Shown one piece after another: positions 46,107 through 57,300 of a stretch of 64,000 nt of DNA. The stretch covers positions 1 to 64,000 of the forward strand of contig JBBRNJ010000036.1 of assembly GCA_038230375.1 (NCBI GenBank), in the 5' to 3' direction. A program made the position numbers and the translations under genes. The notes below the pieces were generated by a model that searched no databases, had not been told where the DNA came from, and was given only the letters and a program-made list of their open reading frames with translations. Each line of letters starts with the position of its first letter. Position 1 is the stretch's first letter. Source of the stretch: Polyangiales bacterium (GTDB lineage Bacteria > Myxococcota_A > Polyangia > Polyangiales > Polyangiaceae).

Positions 46107-47651
46107 TCAAACGCCCGAGTAGACCGGCAGGCGCACCGGCGTCGAGCGCGTTCGCGGTTCTCCTCTCGTCGTGGCATGCGCGAGCGCCGCATCCGGTTCG
46201 CGCGCGAGCAGCTCATCGCGGTAGCGCAGGTGGCGCCGCCTTGACACCTCGACCAGCGGCCGCCACATGGCGTGCACCGCGCGATTGCGGATCAGCGTCG
46301 GCCAGAAGCGGTTCGCGCGTTTGTAGAGGTAGCTCATGGCCAGGTACGGCGCGACCGCATGCATCGACTCGGGGCGGCGGCGAAAGATCGACGCGTGCGA
46401 GAAGAGGCGCTCGTAGATCCACGCGTAGCCCTCCTCGAGCGCCTCCGGGGTCATGTGCTTGGGGCGGAAGACCGCATGCGCCGTGTCGTAGAGGTCCCAG
46501 TTCTTGTGGAGGATCCGGCCCTCGCTCTCCATCTGTCGATAGAGGGGTGTACCCGGATAGGGCGTGAGCACGTGGAACGTCGCGCACTCGAGCCGATTCT
46601 CTTCGACCCAATCCGCGGTGCGCGCGAACGCGTCGGGGCGATCGTGATCAAAGCCGAGCACGAAGCTCCCGTTCACCTGGATGCCGTAGTCATGAAGGAT
46701 GCGCGTGCGGCGTGCGTAGTCCTCCGGCCGCGGCGTCTTCTTCTTCGCCATCTCGAGGTTCTCGCCCGTGAGGCTCTCGAACCCTACGAAGACGCCCGTG
46801 CATCCGGCGAGCGCCATCTCGCGCACCAGCGATGGATCGTCCGTCACGTCGATGGTGACGGCGGCGCTCCAGATCTTCTTCACCGGGCGGAGCGCGCGGC
46901 AGAGCGCGCGAAGGTACTCGGGGCGCGAGCCCAGGTTGTTGTCAACGAACACCGCGTACGGCTCGTCACTCTCTTCCAGCTGGCGCACGACGTGGTTCAC
47001 GTCCGCCATCTGGTAGGGCATCGAGATCCCGTCGGTCGCGAGGTAGCAGAAGCCGCAGCGGTTGTGACAGCCGCGCGTCGCGATGATGCTGAGCGTGGTG
47101 AGGAACGACTCTCGCGGCAAGATGTCGCGCCTTGGTGCCGGCTCCTCGCGGTACGGGCGCCGGTAGCTGCCTTCGTAGCGAGGCGCCAGCTTGCCCGCGG
47201 AGAAATCCTCGAGGATTTGCGGCCAGAGCTGCACGCCTTCGCCCACGGCAAGCGCGTCTGCATGCGGCGCGCATTCCTCTGGCGACGACAGCACGTGGAG
47301 GCCGCCGAGCACCACCTTCGCGCCGCGCGCCCGATAGAAGGCAGCGAGCTCGAAGGCACGGCGCGCAAACGTGAGGTGCACGGAGATGCCGACGATCTCC
47401 GGGAACGGATCGAGCGGCGGCGGACCTTGGAGGACGTTCTCGTCCCAGTAGCGCACGGTCCACGACGGCGGCGTCGCTGCGGCGATGCTGGTGAGCGCGA
47501 GCGATGGGGTGAGCACGTGCTTGCCAAGGCTCGCGTGCTGGTCCTTCGCGTAGAACGGATTCAAGAGGAGAGCGAGGCGCGGGGTCGCGGGCGGCGCCAC
47601 GGCATCCTTGGAGAGCTCCGGAGCCACGCGCATGTCGAGGGGGAGGTACAT
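46107..47651 (-). CDS. B12-binding domain radical SAM protein
   Basis: VVLGGLH, VGEG, ATRGCHNRCGFC, FVDNN, FVGFES, LTPYPGTPLY. Confidence 0.92.
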   Translation of the reverse strand: MYLPLDMRVAPELSKDAVAPPATPRLALLLNPFYAKDQHASLGKHVLTPSLALTSIAAATPPSWTVRYWDENVLQGPPPLDPFPEIVGISVHLTFARRAFELAAFYRARGAKVVLGGLHVLSSPEECAPHADALAVGEGVQLWPQILEDFSAGKLAPRYEGSYRRPYREEPAPRRDILPRESFLTTLSIIATRGCHNRCGFCYLATDGISMPYQMADVNHVVRQLEESDEPYAVFVDNNLGSRPEYLRALCRALRPVKKIWSAAVTIDVTDDPSLVREMALAGCTGVFVGFESLTGENLEMAKKKTPRPEDYARRTRILHDYGIQVNGSFVLGFDHDRPDAFARTADWVEENRLECATFHVLTPYPGTPLYRQMESEGRILHKNWDLYDTAHAVFRPKHMTPEALEEGYAWIYERLFSHASIFRRRPESMHAVAPYLAMSYLYKRANRFWPTLIRNRAVHAMWRPLVEVSRRRHLRYRDELLAREPDAALAHATTRGEPRTRSTPVRLPVYSGV

Positions 47652-47741
47652 GGACAGTTGGACGCATCGCGCGCCGGTTTTCATCCCCCGCTCGACCGCG
47701 TCTGGCGACCGTTCGACCCCAGCTCGGAGCCGAGTGCTTCC

Positions 47742-49778
47742 TCAGCGTGTCGCGTCCTCCAGGAACCGCGCGGTCCGGGTGAGGAGCTCGATCTTGGTCT
47801 CGCGTCGATCGACCGTGTGGCCTTCATTCGCAGCGACCATGTATTCTACATGTATCTGGCGAGCCCGCAGCGCACGCACGACCGTATCGGACTCCGCCCG
47901 CGGCACACGCGGATCGTTCTGGCCGGCATAGACGAAGAGCGGTGAGACGATCTTGTCGACGTCGCGCATGGGATTGAAGGCGTCCAGGAGGGCAGAGTCA
48001 CGATCGAGATCGCCGAACTCCTCGACAAAATAGCTGCGGATCCCCGCATCGGTGGTGCGAAGGAACTGCTTCAGGTCGGCGACTCCGTAGAGGTCCACGC
48101 CTGCACGCCAGCTCGCCGGTTGGCGCGTGAGTGCCATCAACGTGGTGTAGCCGCCATAGCTCTGACCCCACACGATCACGCGGGCCGGATCACACCACGG
48201 CTGGCTCTTCGCCCATGTGTTGACGCTCGCCAGATCCTTCAGCCAGTCAGCGCGCTTCTCCCGATTGTCCGCCGCCTCGTAGGCGCGACCAAAGCCGGTG
48301 GAGCCGCGCACGTTCGGCTCGATCACGGCGTAGCCAAGGCTCACGAAGAAGCGCGCGAACGGGCTCCAGCGCACGGCGTAGCTCGTGGACGGGCCGCCGT
48401 GGAAGATGGCGATCGTCGGCAGCTTCTGATTCGCCTTGTCGCGCGGCAGATAGCGGTTCACGGGAATGGTGAGGCCGTCGAACGCGGGCACCTTGTCGAT
48501 CGTGACGTCGACCTTCGCGAGCACGTCGAGCCCCGCCCGCTTGTCTGCGCGTAGCGGCTTGACGGTGCCGGTCGCCACGTCCACGGCGAAGGGATCGGCC
48601 GGGTGATCGGGCTCGGAGATCAGGATCGAGAACTCCTTCCCGTCGGCTCGAAAGCTCCCGATGTGGATGTCGCCGAGCGGAACCGTGACGTCGCGGATCG
48701 GCTTCAGCGTCCTCGCAGACAGGATGCGTACTTCACCGTGATTTCCCGCGTCGACGAGCGCGGCGAGCACATCACCCTTCGGCGCGACGACAACGGAGAG
48801 AGCGCCCGTCTTCGGCGATTCGTTGACGTAGCGCCCGAGCTCCTTGCCTGTCTTCGCGTCGAGCGCGAGGAGCACGGAAGACTCTGCGCCTTCGTCCGTG
48901 GCGATGAAGATGCGCTTCTCGTCCGCGGAGTACGCTGCGGTGGATACGGCGGCCTTTTTTCCTTCCGGCGGATAGACGCGCCGCGCCTTGCCCGTGGCGA
49001 TCTCGATCTCGGTGATGACCGTATCTGCGGGCGAGCCGGAGTCGTAGAAGAGCACCCGCGCGCCGTCTTGTGTGACGTCGCTGGCACCACCTGACCTGTG
49101 TGCGGTGAAGACGAGGCGGGCGGGACCGCCGCTCGTGCTCTGCGTGAAGAGCATCGAGTCGGGCGCCGTCACGCGCGCTGCGGAGTAGATCATCGTATCC
49201 GGCTTCTTCTTCGGCAGGAGCGGCTCGTCGCGATGCATCTCCTCCGGCGTCAGATCGACAGCGTTCGAGCCGTCGGTGTTCGCGCGATAGATGTGGTGGT
49301 TCTCGTTGCCGGCGTGGTCGCGCAGAAAGAGGATCGCCTTGCCATCGACCGTGTATTTCGCCCAGATCGCGCGCTCCGGTCCCTTCGTGATCGCGACGGG
49401 TGTCGCATCTGGCGCGCCTTCTTCGCCCGCGTAGATCTCGGGGACGCCGTCACGCGTCGAGCCGAAGAGAAAGTGTTTTTGATCGGGCGACCACTCCGCG
49501 ACGGTCGACGAGAAGAATCCGTTCCAGTTCGGATATGCGTCGACGAGCGCGCGGGCGAGCGGTTCGCGCGCCGCGTCGCGGGATCTGTCGGCGCCGGTGA
49601 GCGTGGTCGGGTCGGACGTCACCGGCGGAGGCACGGGCGCTGCAGATGCCGCGGCGGACCCAGGTGCGCTTGCGATGCTCGGTACGAGCGGAGGTGCAGA
49701 TGGTGAAGCAGGGGGCGGCGCAGGCTCTGCGCAAGCGACGAAGACCGCGGCGAAGACGACGAAAGGAGGCGTGCGCAT
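47742..49778 (-). CDS. S9 prolyl oligopeptidase family lipoprotein
   Basis: Lipobox FVAC; beta-propeller; HGGP, PNVRGSTGFG, GQSYGG, DPRVP, NEGH. Confidence 0.93.
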   Translation of the reverse strand: MRTPPFVVFAAVFVACAEPAPPPASPSAPPLVPSIASAPGSAAASAAPVPPPVTSDPTTLTGADRSRDAAREPLARALVDAYPNWNGFFSSTVAEWSPDQKHFLFGSTRDGVPEIYAGEEGAPDATPVAITKGPERAIWAKYTVDGKAILFLRDHAGNENHHIYRANTDGSNAVDLTPEEMHRDEPLLPKKKPDTMIYSAARVTAPDSMLFTQSTSGGPARLVFTAHRSGGASDVTQDGARVLFYDSGSPADTVITEIEIATGKARRVYPPEGKKAAVSTAAYSADEKRIFIATDEGAESSVLLALDAKTGKELGRYVNESPKTGALSVVVAPKGDVLAALVDAGNHGEVRILSARTLKPIRDVTVPLGDIHIGSFRADGKEFSILISEPDHPADPFAVDVATGTVKPLRADKRAGLDVLAKVDVTIDKVPAFDGLTIPVNRYLPRDKANQKLPTIAIFHGGPSTSYAVRWSPFARFFVSLGYAVIEPNVRGSTGFGRAYEAADNREKRADWLKDLASVNTWAKSQPWCDPARVIVWGQSYGGYTTLMALTRQPASWRAGVDLYGVADLKQFLRTTDAGIRSYFVEEFGDLDRDSALLDAFNPMRDVDKIVSPLFVYAGQNDPRVPRAESDTVVRALRARQIHVEYMVAANEGHTVDRRETKIELLTRTARFLEDATR

Positions 49779-49878
49779 GGCACGCATCCTAGCCTTCTCG
49801 CGCGGCAGATTCTCGCCGATGCAGCTCCGGTCCCGGAAAGAAATTTCCGAAGGAACGCCAGATCGCCGCACGTTTCGA

Positions 49879-49894
49879 CGGCATGCGCGGTGCA
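49879..49894 (+). promoter_or_regulatory. Putative sigma54 promoter
   Basis: CGGCATGCGCGGTGCA fits GG-N10-GC, about 35 bp upstream of the ATG at 49930. Confidence 0.45.
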
Positions 49895-49929
49895 TGAGCG
49901 TGGCCTCACACGGAGTGAGGAATCAAGTC

Positions 49930-50763
49930 ATGAGTCACAAGTTCTTTGGGGCCATCGCGATCGCAGCGCCCCTCGCGCTCATCGTTGCGTGCTCGGGCAC
50001 CAGCATCAGGCCGGGCTCCGACACCGGGTCCACCGACCCGACCGCAGACGGCGGACACGGCGGCGGCACATCCGGCGGTGATGCGGCGACTGGTGGCGGT
50101 GGCGGTGGCGGCGACGGCAGCTGCACGCCTGCATGTGCAGAAGGCTCCGTCTGCACGAACGGCACATGCACCGTGTTGCCTTCGATGTGTCCGTGCCCCA
50201 CCGGCTCGTACTGCGACCTCTCCACGAACTCTTGCAAGGTCGGCTGCACCGATGCCTCGCAGTGCCCGGCGGGCGCCACCTGCGACACCAGCACGCGCAC
50301 CTGCCAGAAGCCCAAGCCCGCGCTCGCCGGCTGCCCGATTCCCGCCGGCACCGCGGTCGACGGTGGCGTGGGCACGTGCAATGGCGTCACGCCGCTGGGC
50401 AAGGATGTCGCGCAGGTCTGCAAGGCAGGCACCATGCCCGTGGCGCACGGCGGTGTGGTGAAGGACGGTATCTACGTGCTCGTCGCGACCGACTACTTCG
50501 GCGCGTCGTGCAGCGCGGCCAGCTTCGCGGCGACCGTCTACGTCTGCGGCAACACGTGGGGCGTGTCCGAGGGCGCGCAGGTGGCGAGCGCTGCGGTCAC
50601 CACCAGGAGCGTGACGTTCACGGGAACATCGTTCACGCAGGCGACGACCTGTGGCGGCAGCGGCAACACCACCTCACCGTATGACGCCACCGACACTGCG
50701 CTCACGATCTACACCGCGGATGGAACGGGTGGCGGGTTCGTGGATCACTACGCACGTCAGTAG
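49930..50763 (+). CDS. Cys-rich lipoprotein
   Basis: Lipobox IVAC; Gly linker; C..G..C....C repeats. Confidence 0.75.
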   Translation: MSHKFFGAIAIAAPLALIVACSGTSIRPGSDTGSTDPTADGGHGGGTSGGDAATGGGGGGGDGSCTPACAEGSVCTNGTCTVLPSMCPCPTGSYCDLSTNSCKVGCTDASQCPAGATCDTSTRTCQKPKPALAGCPIPAGTAVDGGVGTCNGVTPLGKDVAQVCKAGTMPVAHGGVVKDGIYVLVATDYFGASCSAASFAATVYVCGNTWGVSEGAQVASAAVTTRSVTFTGTSFTQATTCGGSGNTTSPYDATDTALTIYTADGTGGGFVDHYARQ

Positions 50764-50909
50764 CGTCTCCTTGGGGACGCCGCGGAACTCGCCCGACAAT
50801 CGATCGAGACCCTCATCTTGATGGCGTCGGGCAGTCGAAGCTCGTTTGCCCCACGGCAACAGGTGGCGGCGCGCTGGGGCTGCGCTATGGTCCGGCCGGA
50901 GGGTGACTC

Positions 50910-52535
50910 ATGCGCTTTGCCACTATCTGCACGGCCAGCTGTGTTCTCGTCGTTTTCGGGGCGATCCAGTGCGGATCGAACAACACCGGTAGCGGGTTCA
51001 CGCAGGATCAGGGGGATGGCTCGGCCGGCGACGAGGGCGGCAATCCGCTCGGCTTCGGCATGAAAGATGGGTCGTTCGACGGCCCGCCGCTCGTCGTCGA
51101 CAAGTGCCACGTTCCGCCCGACAACGGCAATGCGCCCACGTGCACCACGCCTGCCGCGCCGCCGAACTCGTTCAGCCCCGTGCTGAAATGGAAATGGATG
51201 GACCCCACGCCCAGCAGCATCGGCGTGTGGACCATCCCGCTCGTCGCCAACCTCACTGACGACGACGGCAACGGCGAGGTGAACCTCTGCGACATCCCCG
51301 ACGTCGTCATCGAGTCCGCGGGCAGTGGCGAGTTCTCTCGCACCGGGCGGCTCTACATGCTGCGCGGAAGCGATGGCATGGTCGAGTCCACGTTCGCTGA
51401 CACCATCGTGGACGGCGACTCCACGCCTGCGATCGCGGATCTCGACAACGACAAGATCCCGGAGGTCATCGCCATCGACAAGGCCGGTCACGTCCTCATC
51501 TTCGACAACAAGGGCGCGGTGAAGAACACCGGTGACGTCGCGCTCGCCGCGACCGACATGTACAGCTCGTGCGGCGCGATCTCCGTCTACGATCTCGACG
51601 CCGACGGCAAGCCCGAGATCATCTACGGCTTCGAGGTCTTCGACAACAAGGGCAAGAGCAAGTGGAAGATCACAGCACCGGCCGGCCCGGGCTTCTGGTG
51701 TCCCACTCCCATTGCGGCGGACCTCGACGGCGACGGCAAGCTCGAGGTGATCTTCGGCCACGGCGCGTACCACGCAGATGGCTCCGTCTACTGGACCCTG
51801 CCCGGTATGCCTGGCTCACCGCAGGTCGCCAACCTGGACGCGGACCCGCAGCCGGAGGTCGTCATCGCACGCCAGGATGGTCTCGTGGTGCTGGAGCACG
51901 ACGGCAAGGTGAAGTTCGGCCCGGTGCAGCCCTTCGATCCCGGCGTCAGTCCCCAGTGCTGGGACAAGCCGGCGGCCATCCACGACTTCGACGGTGACGG
52001 CCATGCAGACCTCGCCACCTCCAGCTGTAGCCACTACGGCATCTTCAACGTCACGGCGACGGGCCTCACGCCGCTCTGGTCGAACGCCGTCAACGACAAC
52101 AGCGGCATCGCATCCAGCACGGGCTTCGATTTCCTGGGTCGCGGCATCGCGGACGCGGTCTACGGCGACCAGGTCTCGCTGCTCGTCTACGACGGCAAGA
52201 CCGGCAAGTCGGAGCTCACGCAATCACGTTCGTCGGGCACCATCATCGAGTTCCCCGTCGTCGCCGACGTCGACAACGACGCCTCGGCAGACATCCTGGT
52301 CGTGTCGAACAACGGGGCGTACCCGGCACTGCAGGTGTTCCAGGACGCGCAGAAGCGCTGGATTCCCACGCGTCGCATCTGGAACCAGCACGCCTATCAC
52401 GTGACCAACGTGCGCGAAGACGGGACCATCCCCAAGGTGATGCCCAACAACTGGCAGCTCCTCAACACGTTCCGAACGAACGCCGAGATCCAGCCCGGCG
52501 GCACCTGCGCGCCGCCCGCACCGAACACGAAATGA
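50910..52535 (+). CDS. FG-GAP/VCBS repeat protein (probable lipoprotein)
   Basis: Repeated DLDxDGxPEV/DFDGDG/DVDND motifs; WNQHAYHVTNV; AIQC. Confidence 0.85.
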   Translation: MRFATICTASCVLVVFGAIQCGSNNTGSGFTQDQGDGSAGDEGGNPLGFGMKDGSFDGPPLVVDKCHVPPDNGNAPTCTTPAAPPNSFSPVLKWKWMDPTPSSIGVWTIPLVANLTDDDGNGEVNLCDIPDVVIESAGSGEFSRTGRLYMLRGSDGMVESTFADTIVDGDSTPAIADLDNDKIPEVIAIDKAGHVLIFDNKGAVKNTGDVALAATDMYSSCGAISVYDLDADGKPEIIYGFEVFDNKGKSKWKITAPAGPGFWCPTPIAADLDGDGKLEVIFGHGAYHADGSVYWTLPGMPGSPQVANLDADPQPEVVIARQDGLVVLEHDGKVKFGPVQPFDPGVSPQCWDKPAAIHDFDGDGHADLATSSCSHYGIFNVTATGLTPLWSNAVNDNSGIASSTGFDFLGRGIADAVYGDQVSLLVYDGKTGKSELTQSRSSGTIIEFPVVADVDNDASADILVVSNNGAYPALQVFQDAQKRWIPTRRIWNQHAYHVTNVREDGTIPKVMPNNWQLLNTFRTNAEIQPGGTCAPPAPNTK

Positions 52536-52619
52536 CGTTTGGCTCTCCGGATGGGAGCGAGCCCAAACCTTGCGTGTTTCGCGCTTGAGCTTGCATTACG
52601 GGTTCGTTACCTTCAGCCG

Positions 52620-52997
52620 ATGTTCCAACGCATCGTTCTGTCGCTCTCTCTGCTCCCGCTGTTCGGATGCAGCAGCCTGAACCCACTGCCCGAGAAGCAA
52701 GCATCGTGTGATCTGCGCCCGGCGGAGGACCAGTGCACCGACCTGCGAAAGTACAAGGGGGCAAGCCTCATCACGTTCCAGGGCGTCTGTGGAACGCTCA
52801 CGTCCGCGAAGCCCGGAGCCACAGGCTACAAGGAGGACGCGACCTGTCCGGCAACTGGGATGCTCGGAGGATGCCAGGCGAGCAGCAACGACGGCTCGCT
52901 TCAGACGAACTGGTACTACACAGGCAAGAAGTACAAGACCGCGGACGACGCCAAGGCGCAGTGCAGCTCCGACCAGACGTTCGTCTCGCCGCAGTGA
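52620..52997 (+). CDS. Small Cys-rich lipoprotein
   Basis: Lipobox LFGC; 6 further Cys. Confidence 0.7.
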   Translation: MFQRIVLSLSLLPLFGCSSLNPLPEKQASCDLRPAEDQCTDLRKYKGASLITFQGVCGTLTSAKPGATGYKEDATCPATGMLGGCQASSNDGSLQTNWYYTGKKYKTADDAKAQCSSDQTFVSPQ

Positions 52998-53059
52998 TGC
53001 AGCGGCGGAGTTCGTTCCGGCTGAGCCGTCGTAATCTTTGGGGCGAACAATGAGGCTTC

Positions 53060-53160
53060 CTTAATTAAACAACGTGTATCGCCTCGAGGCACGAAATCGA
53101 TTTTTACCGACGAAATCGATGGGTTTTTGCCAATAATGTTACTTGGCATTAATGTTCTTT
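53060..53160 (+). promoter_or_regulatory. AT-rich promoter region with direct and inverted repeats upstream of the RND pair
   Basis: ACGAAATCGAT twice (~53090 and ~53110); TGCCAA-N9-TTGGCA at 53128-53148. Confidence 0.5.
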
Positions 53161-53195
53161 CGCTCGCTGTAATCTGGCGTTAACTCCAGCGCCGG

Positions 53196-54371
53196 ATGAT
53201 GTGCCGTTGCCTGCGCGCTCCCGCGCTGCTGCTTTTTCTATTCCTGCCGGCCAGCGCGGGTTGCTCGAAGCCGCCCACTGCGCACGCCGTGACCGAGGCC
53301 CCGCAAGGGGAGGTCTGGCTCACGGACCAGCAGGTGGCCGAGGCTCAGCTCAAGGTCGACATGCTGACAGAGCAGGATGTCGACGACGTGATTGCCACCA
53401 GCGGCAAGGTGACCTTCGACGACGCTCGTGTCTCTCACATCTTCTCGCCCGTGTCCGGTCGCGTGTCGCGGATCAACGCGCAGGCCGGTCAGCGGGTGAA
53501 GAAGGGCGACGTGCTCGCGGTCATCGAGTCGCCCGAGATCGGCATGGCCTCCGCGGACGTCCACAAGGCGGAGGCGGACCGGATCGCCGCGCAGCACGAT
53601 CTGGATCGCCAGAAGGAGCTCCTCGACGCACACGCCACCTCCATGCACGACTACGAGCAGGCCCAGGACGCTGCGCGCAAGGCGAAGGCGGAGGTGGAGC
53701 GCGCGACGCAGAAGGCGACGCTGTTGCGTGCCGGCTCGGCCGACGTCGTGACCCAGACCTACTCTGTCCGCGCGACCATCGACGGACAGGTGACCGCGCG
53801 CAACATCTCGCCCGGCGTCGAGGTCGTGGGCCAGTACTCGGGAGGCGGCGCCGTGGAGCTCTTCACGGTGGGCGAGCTCGATCGCGTCTGGATTCTTGCC
53901 GATGTGTACGAGATGGACAGCGCGCGGGTCATCGTTGGCTCCAGGGTCAACGCGCACCTCTTCGCGTTTCCCAACCGCACGTTCCCCACCACCATCGAGT
54001 GGGTTTCAGGCACGCTCGACCCGTCGACGCGTACGGCAAAGGTGCGCTGCGTGATCGAGAACACAGACCGCGCGCTCAAGCCGGAGATGTACGCGACGCT
54101 GCGGATCTCGGTCGATCAGCGGAAGGTCCTGGCCATCCCGCGTAGCTCGCTCCTCCGCCTTGGTGAGCAGACTGCGGTGTTCGTCGAAAAGGGCAAGACC
54201 GCGGACGGGCGACACATCTACGCGAAGGTCCCCGTGGTCGTGGACGAGGCAGAGGGCGCGCCGTGGCTCCCGCTGTCGCAGGGGCCATCCAAGGGTGAGA
54301 AGATCGTGACGGCCGGCGCAATTCTCCTCGCGGGCGGTCTCTCTGCCGCGCCCGCCGACAGCGCAAGATGA
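53196..54371 (+). CDS. czcB: RND efflux periplasmic adaptor (CzcB/CusB-like)
   Basis: SPVSGRV...GQRVKKGDVL, alpha hairpin, LDPSTRT.KVR, LKPEMYA. Confidence 0.85.
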   Translation: MMCRCLRAPALLLFLFLPASAGCSKPPTAHAVTEAPQGEVWLTDQQVAEAQLKVDMLTEQDVDDVIATSGKVTFDDARVSHIFSPVSGRVSRINAQAGQRVKKGDVLAVIESPEIGMASADVHKAEADRIAAQHDLDRQKELLDAHATSMHDYEQAQDAARKAKAEVERATQKATLLRAGSADVVTQTYSVRATIDGQVTARNISPGVEVVGQYSGGGAVELFTVGELDRVWILADVYEMDSARVIVGSRVNAHLFAFPNRTFPTTIEWVSGTLDPSTRTAKVRCVIENTDRALKPEMYATLRISVDQRKVLAIPRSSLLRLGEQTAVFVEKGKTADGRHIYAKVPVVVDEAEGAPWLPLSQGPSKGEKIVTAGAILLAGGLSAAPADSAR

Positions 54372-57300
54372 TCGAACGCCTTGTCGCCTGGGCGCTCCGC
54401 GCTCCGATCCTCGTATTCTTCCTCGCGGTCGGACTGATCGGCGCGGGCGCGTGGTCATACAAGGAGCTCGACATCGAGGCCTACCCGAACCCAGTGCCGC
54501 CGCTCGTCGAGATCCTGGCCTTGCCGGACGGCATGAGCTCCGAGGACGTGGAGCGTTACGTCACCGTTCCGCTCGAAATTGGCCTCTCCGGAATGCCGGG
54601 GCTCGATCACGTTCGCAGCCAGTCGCTCTTCGGCCTGTCGGACGTGAAGTGCTACTTCAAGTGGGGAACCACCTACGAGCAAGCGCGTCAGGAGGTCTTG
54701 AACCGCCTCAACATCGTGAAGCTGCCCGAGGGAGTCGAAGCGGGCGTGAGCCCATGGAACGCCATCGGCGAGGTGTTCCGGTACGAGCTGAAAGGGCCGG
54801 GGTTCAGCCTGCGTGAGCTGAAGACCGCGCAGGACTGGATCCTCGAGCGGCAGTTCAAGCAGGTGCCCGGCGTCATCGACGTCGTGAGCTTCGGCGGGCA
54901 GACGAAGCAGTACCACATCAACGTCGACCCTTTCCGGCTGCGCGGCTACGGCGTGAATCTCGAGCAGCTGATGAACGCCGTGAGCGACGCAAACCAGAAC
55001 GTCGGCGGTCAGAGGCTGACGCTCGGTGAGCAGGCCTACACGATCCGCGGCGTGGGCCTCGTGCGAAATGTGCACGACATCGAGGCCATCGTGATCGCCG
55101 CACGCGCGGGGGTTCCCATACGCGTTCGCGACGTCGCGCAGGTGGAGCTTGGCGGCGCCCCGCGGCTCGGCATCGTGGGCCACGACGGCAACGACGACAT
55201 CGTCCAGGGCACCGTGCTCATGCGGTACGGCGGACAGACCGCCAAGACCCTGAAGGGGATCCACGAGCGCGTCGAGTTCATCAAGAAGAACCACCTGCTC
55301 CCGACAGGAATGGACATCGCCCCGTACTACGACCGCGGCAACCTGGTCGAGCTCACCACGCACACGGTGATCGAGAACGTCGTCGTCGGCATGGTGCTCG
55401 TGACGATCATCCTCGTACTGTTCCTGGGGCATGCGCGCGCCGCGCTCATCACGGCGCTCAACATCCCCCTCGCGTTGCTCGTCGCATTCGCGGGAATGGT
55501 CGCGACCGGCACGCCCGCGAACCTCATCTCCATCGGCGCCGTGGATTTCGGCATCGTCGTCGACTCCACCGTGATCATGATGGAGTCGATCTTCCATTTC
55601 CTTGGACCACACGGCCGGGGGACCATTCAGGAGCGCATCCTCGCGGGCGCACGGCAGGTCGCGCGACCCATGGCGTTCGCGACGCTGATCATCGGCGTGG
55701 CGTTCTTGCCGCTGTTCACGATGACGGGCGTGTCTGGCGTCATCTTCTCGCCCATGGCGCACACCTATGCGTTCGCGATCGGCGGTGCGATCATCCTTGC
55801 GCTCACGCTGACGCCTGCGATCACGAGCAAGGCGCTCTCCATCGGCACGGAGGAGCAGGACAGCTTCGCCACGCGTCAGGTCAAGAAGCTCTACACGCCC
55901 ATCTTCAAGCTCGGCGTGAAGCGGCCATGGATCGCGCTCGGCATCGGTCTCGTGCCGGTCGTTGGCGGCCTGGGGCTGTTCACCGCGCTGGGCGGCGAGT
56001 TCATGCCGAAGCTCGAGGAGGGCAACCTCTGGATCCGTGCGTCCATGGAGACGTCCGTCTCGCTCGAGCAGTCGGGTCGCTATGTCGGTCGCATGCGCGC
56101 CATCCTTCGTGGTTGTCCGCCTGCACCCACCGAGTGCACCGACCAGAACCGCGCCCATCCCGAGGTGGTCACCGTGATCTCCCAGCTGGGCAGACCCGAC
56201 GACGGCACGGACGTGGCGGGGTTCCAGAACATCGAGCTGTTCGCGCCGCTCAAGCCGAACGATCAATGGCGCAAGGGCATGACAAAGGAGCGCCTGACCG
56301 AGGAGCTGTCGCACCAGCTGGTAGAGGCATTCCCCGGGGTGGGCTTCAACTTCTCGCAGATGATCTCCGACAACGTCGAAGAGGCGATGAGCGGCGTGAA
56401 GGGCGAGAACTCGATCAAGATCTTCGGTCCCGAGGTGAAGGAGAACGAGCGCCTCGCTGACAAGACCGTCGCGATCCTCGAGGGCGTTCGCGGCGTCCGC
56501 GACCTGGGCCTTGTGCGGTCCAGCGGCCAGCCAAGCATCAAGATCGTCCCCGACCGCCAGGAGTCCTCTCGGTATGGCTTGAACACCGGAAACGTCGAGA
56601 GCGTCATCCAGGCCGCGATCGGCGGCAAGGGCATCACACGCGTCTACGAAGGTGACCGCACGTTCGACCTGACGGTCCGCTGGCTCATGCCCTATCGCGA
56701 CTCGGTCGAGACCATCAAGGAGCTCATGATCTTCGCCCCCGACGGCACGCCGGTGCCCCTGGGCCAGATCGCGCAGGTGACGATCGAGGACAGTCCCTCC
56801 GTGATCTTCCGTGAGGACGGGACGCGCTACACGCCCATCAAGTTCAGCGTGCGCGGCCGCGATCTCGAGGGCACCATCGCGGAGGCGCAGGCCAAGGTGA
56901 CGGACAAGGTCAAGCACGACGACTCCGTCCACCTGGAGTGGGGCGGCGAGATCAACGAGCTCCGCGAGGCGCAGCACCGGCTGGCGTTCATCATCCCTGC
57001 GACGCTCGTCATCATCGCGCTGCTCGTCTACGGGTCCGTGCGGAGCTTCTGGAATACCGTGATCGTGCTCTTCAACATCCCCGTGGCATGCGCGGGCGGA
57101 GTGCTCGCGCTCTTCGTCACGCACCTCAACTTCTCGGTGTCGGCGGCGATGGGATTCATCTCGATCTTCGGCATCGCGATCCAGGATGCCATCCTCGTCG
57201 TGTCCCATTTTCAGCGCGTCCGCGATCCCGAGAAGCAGGGTCTGTCGGTCGAGGAGCACGACGTCGCCGATCAGCTCGCTGCGCAGGCGCAAGCAGACCC

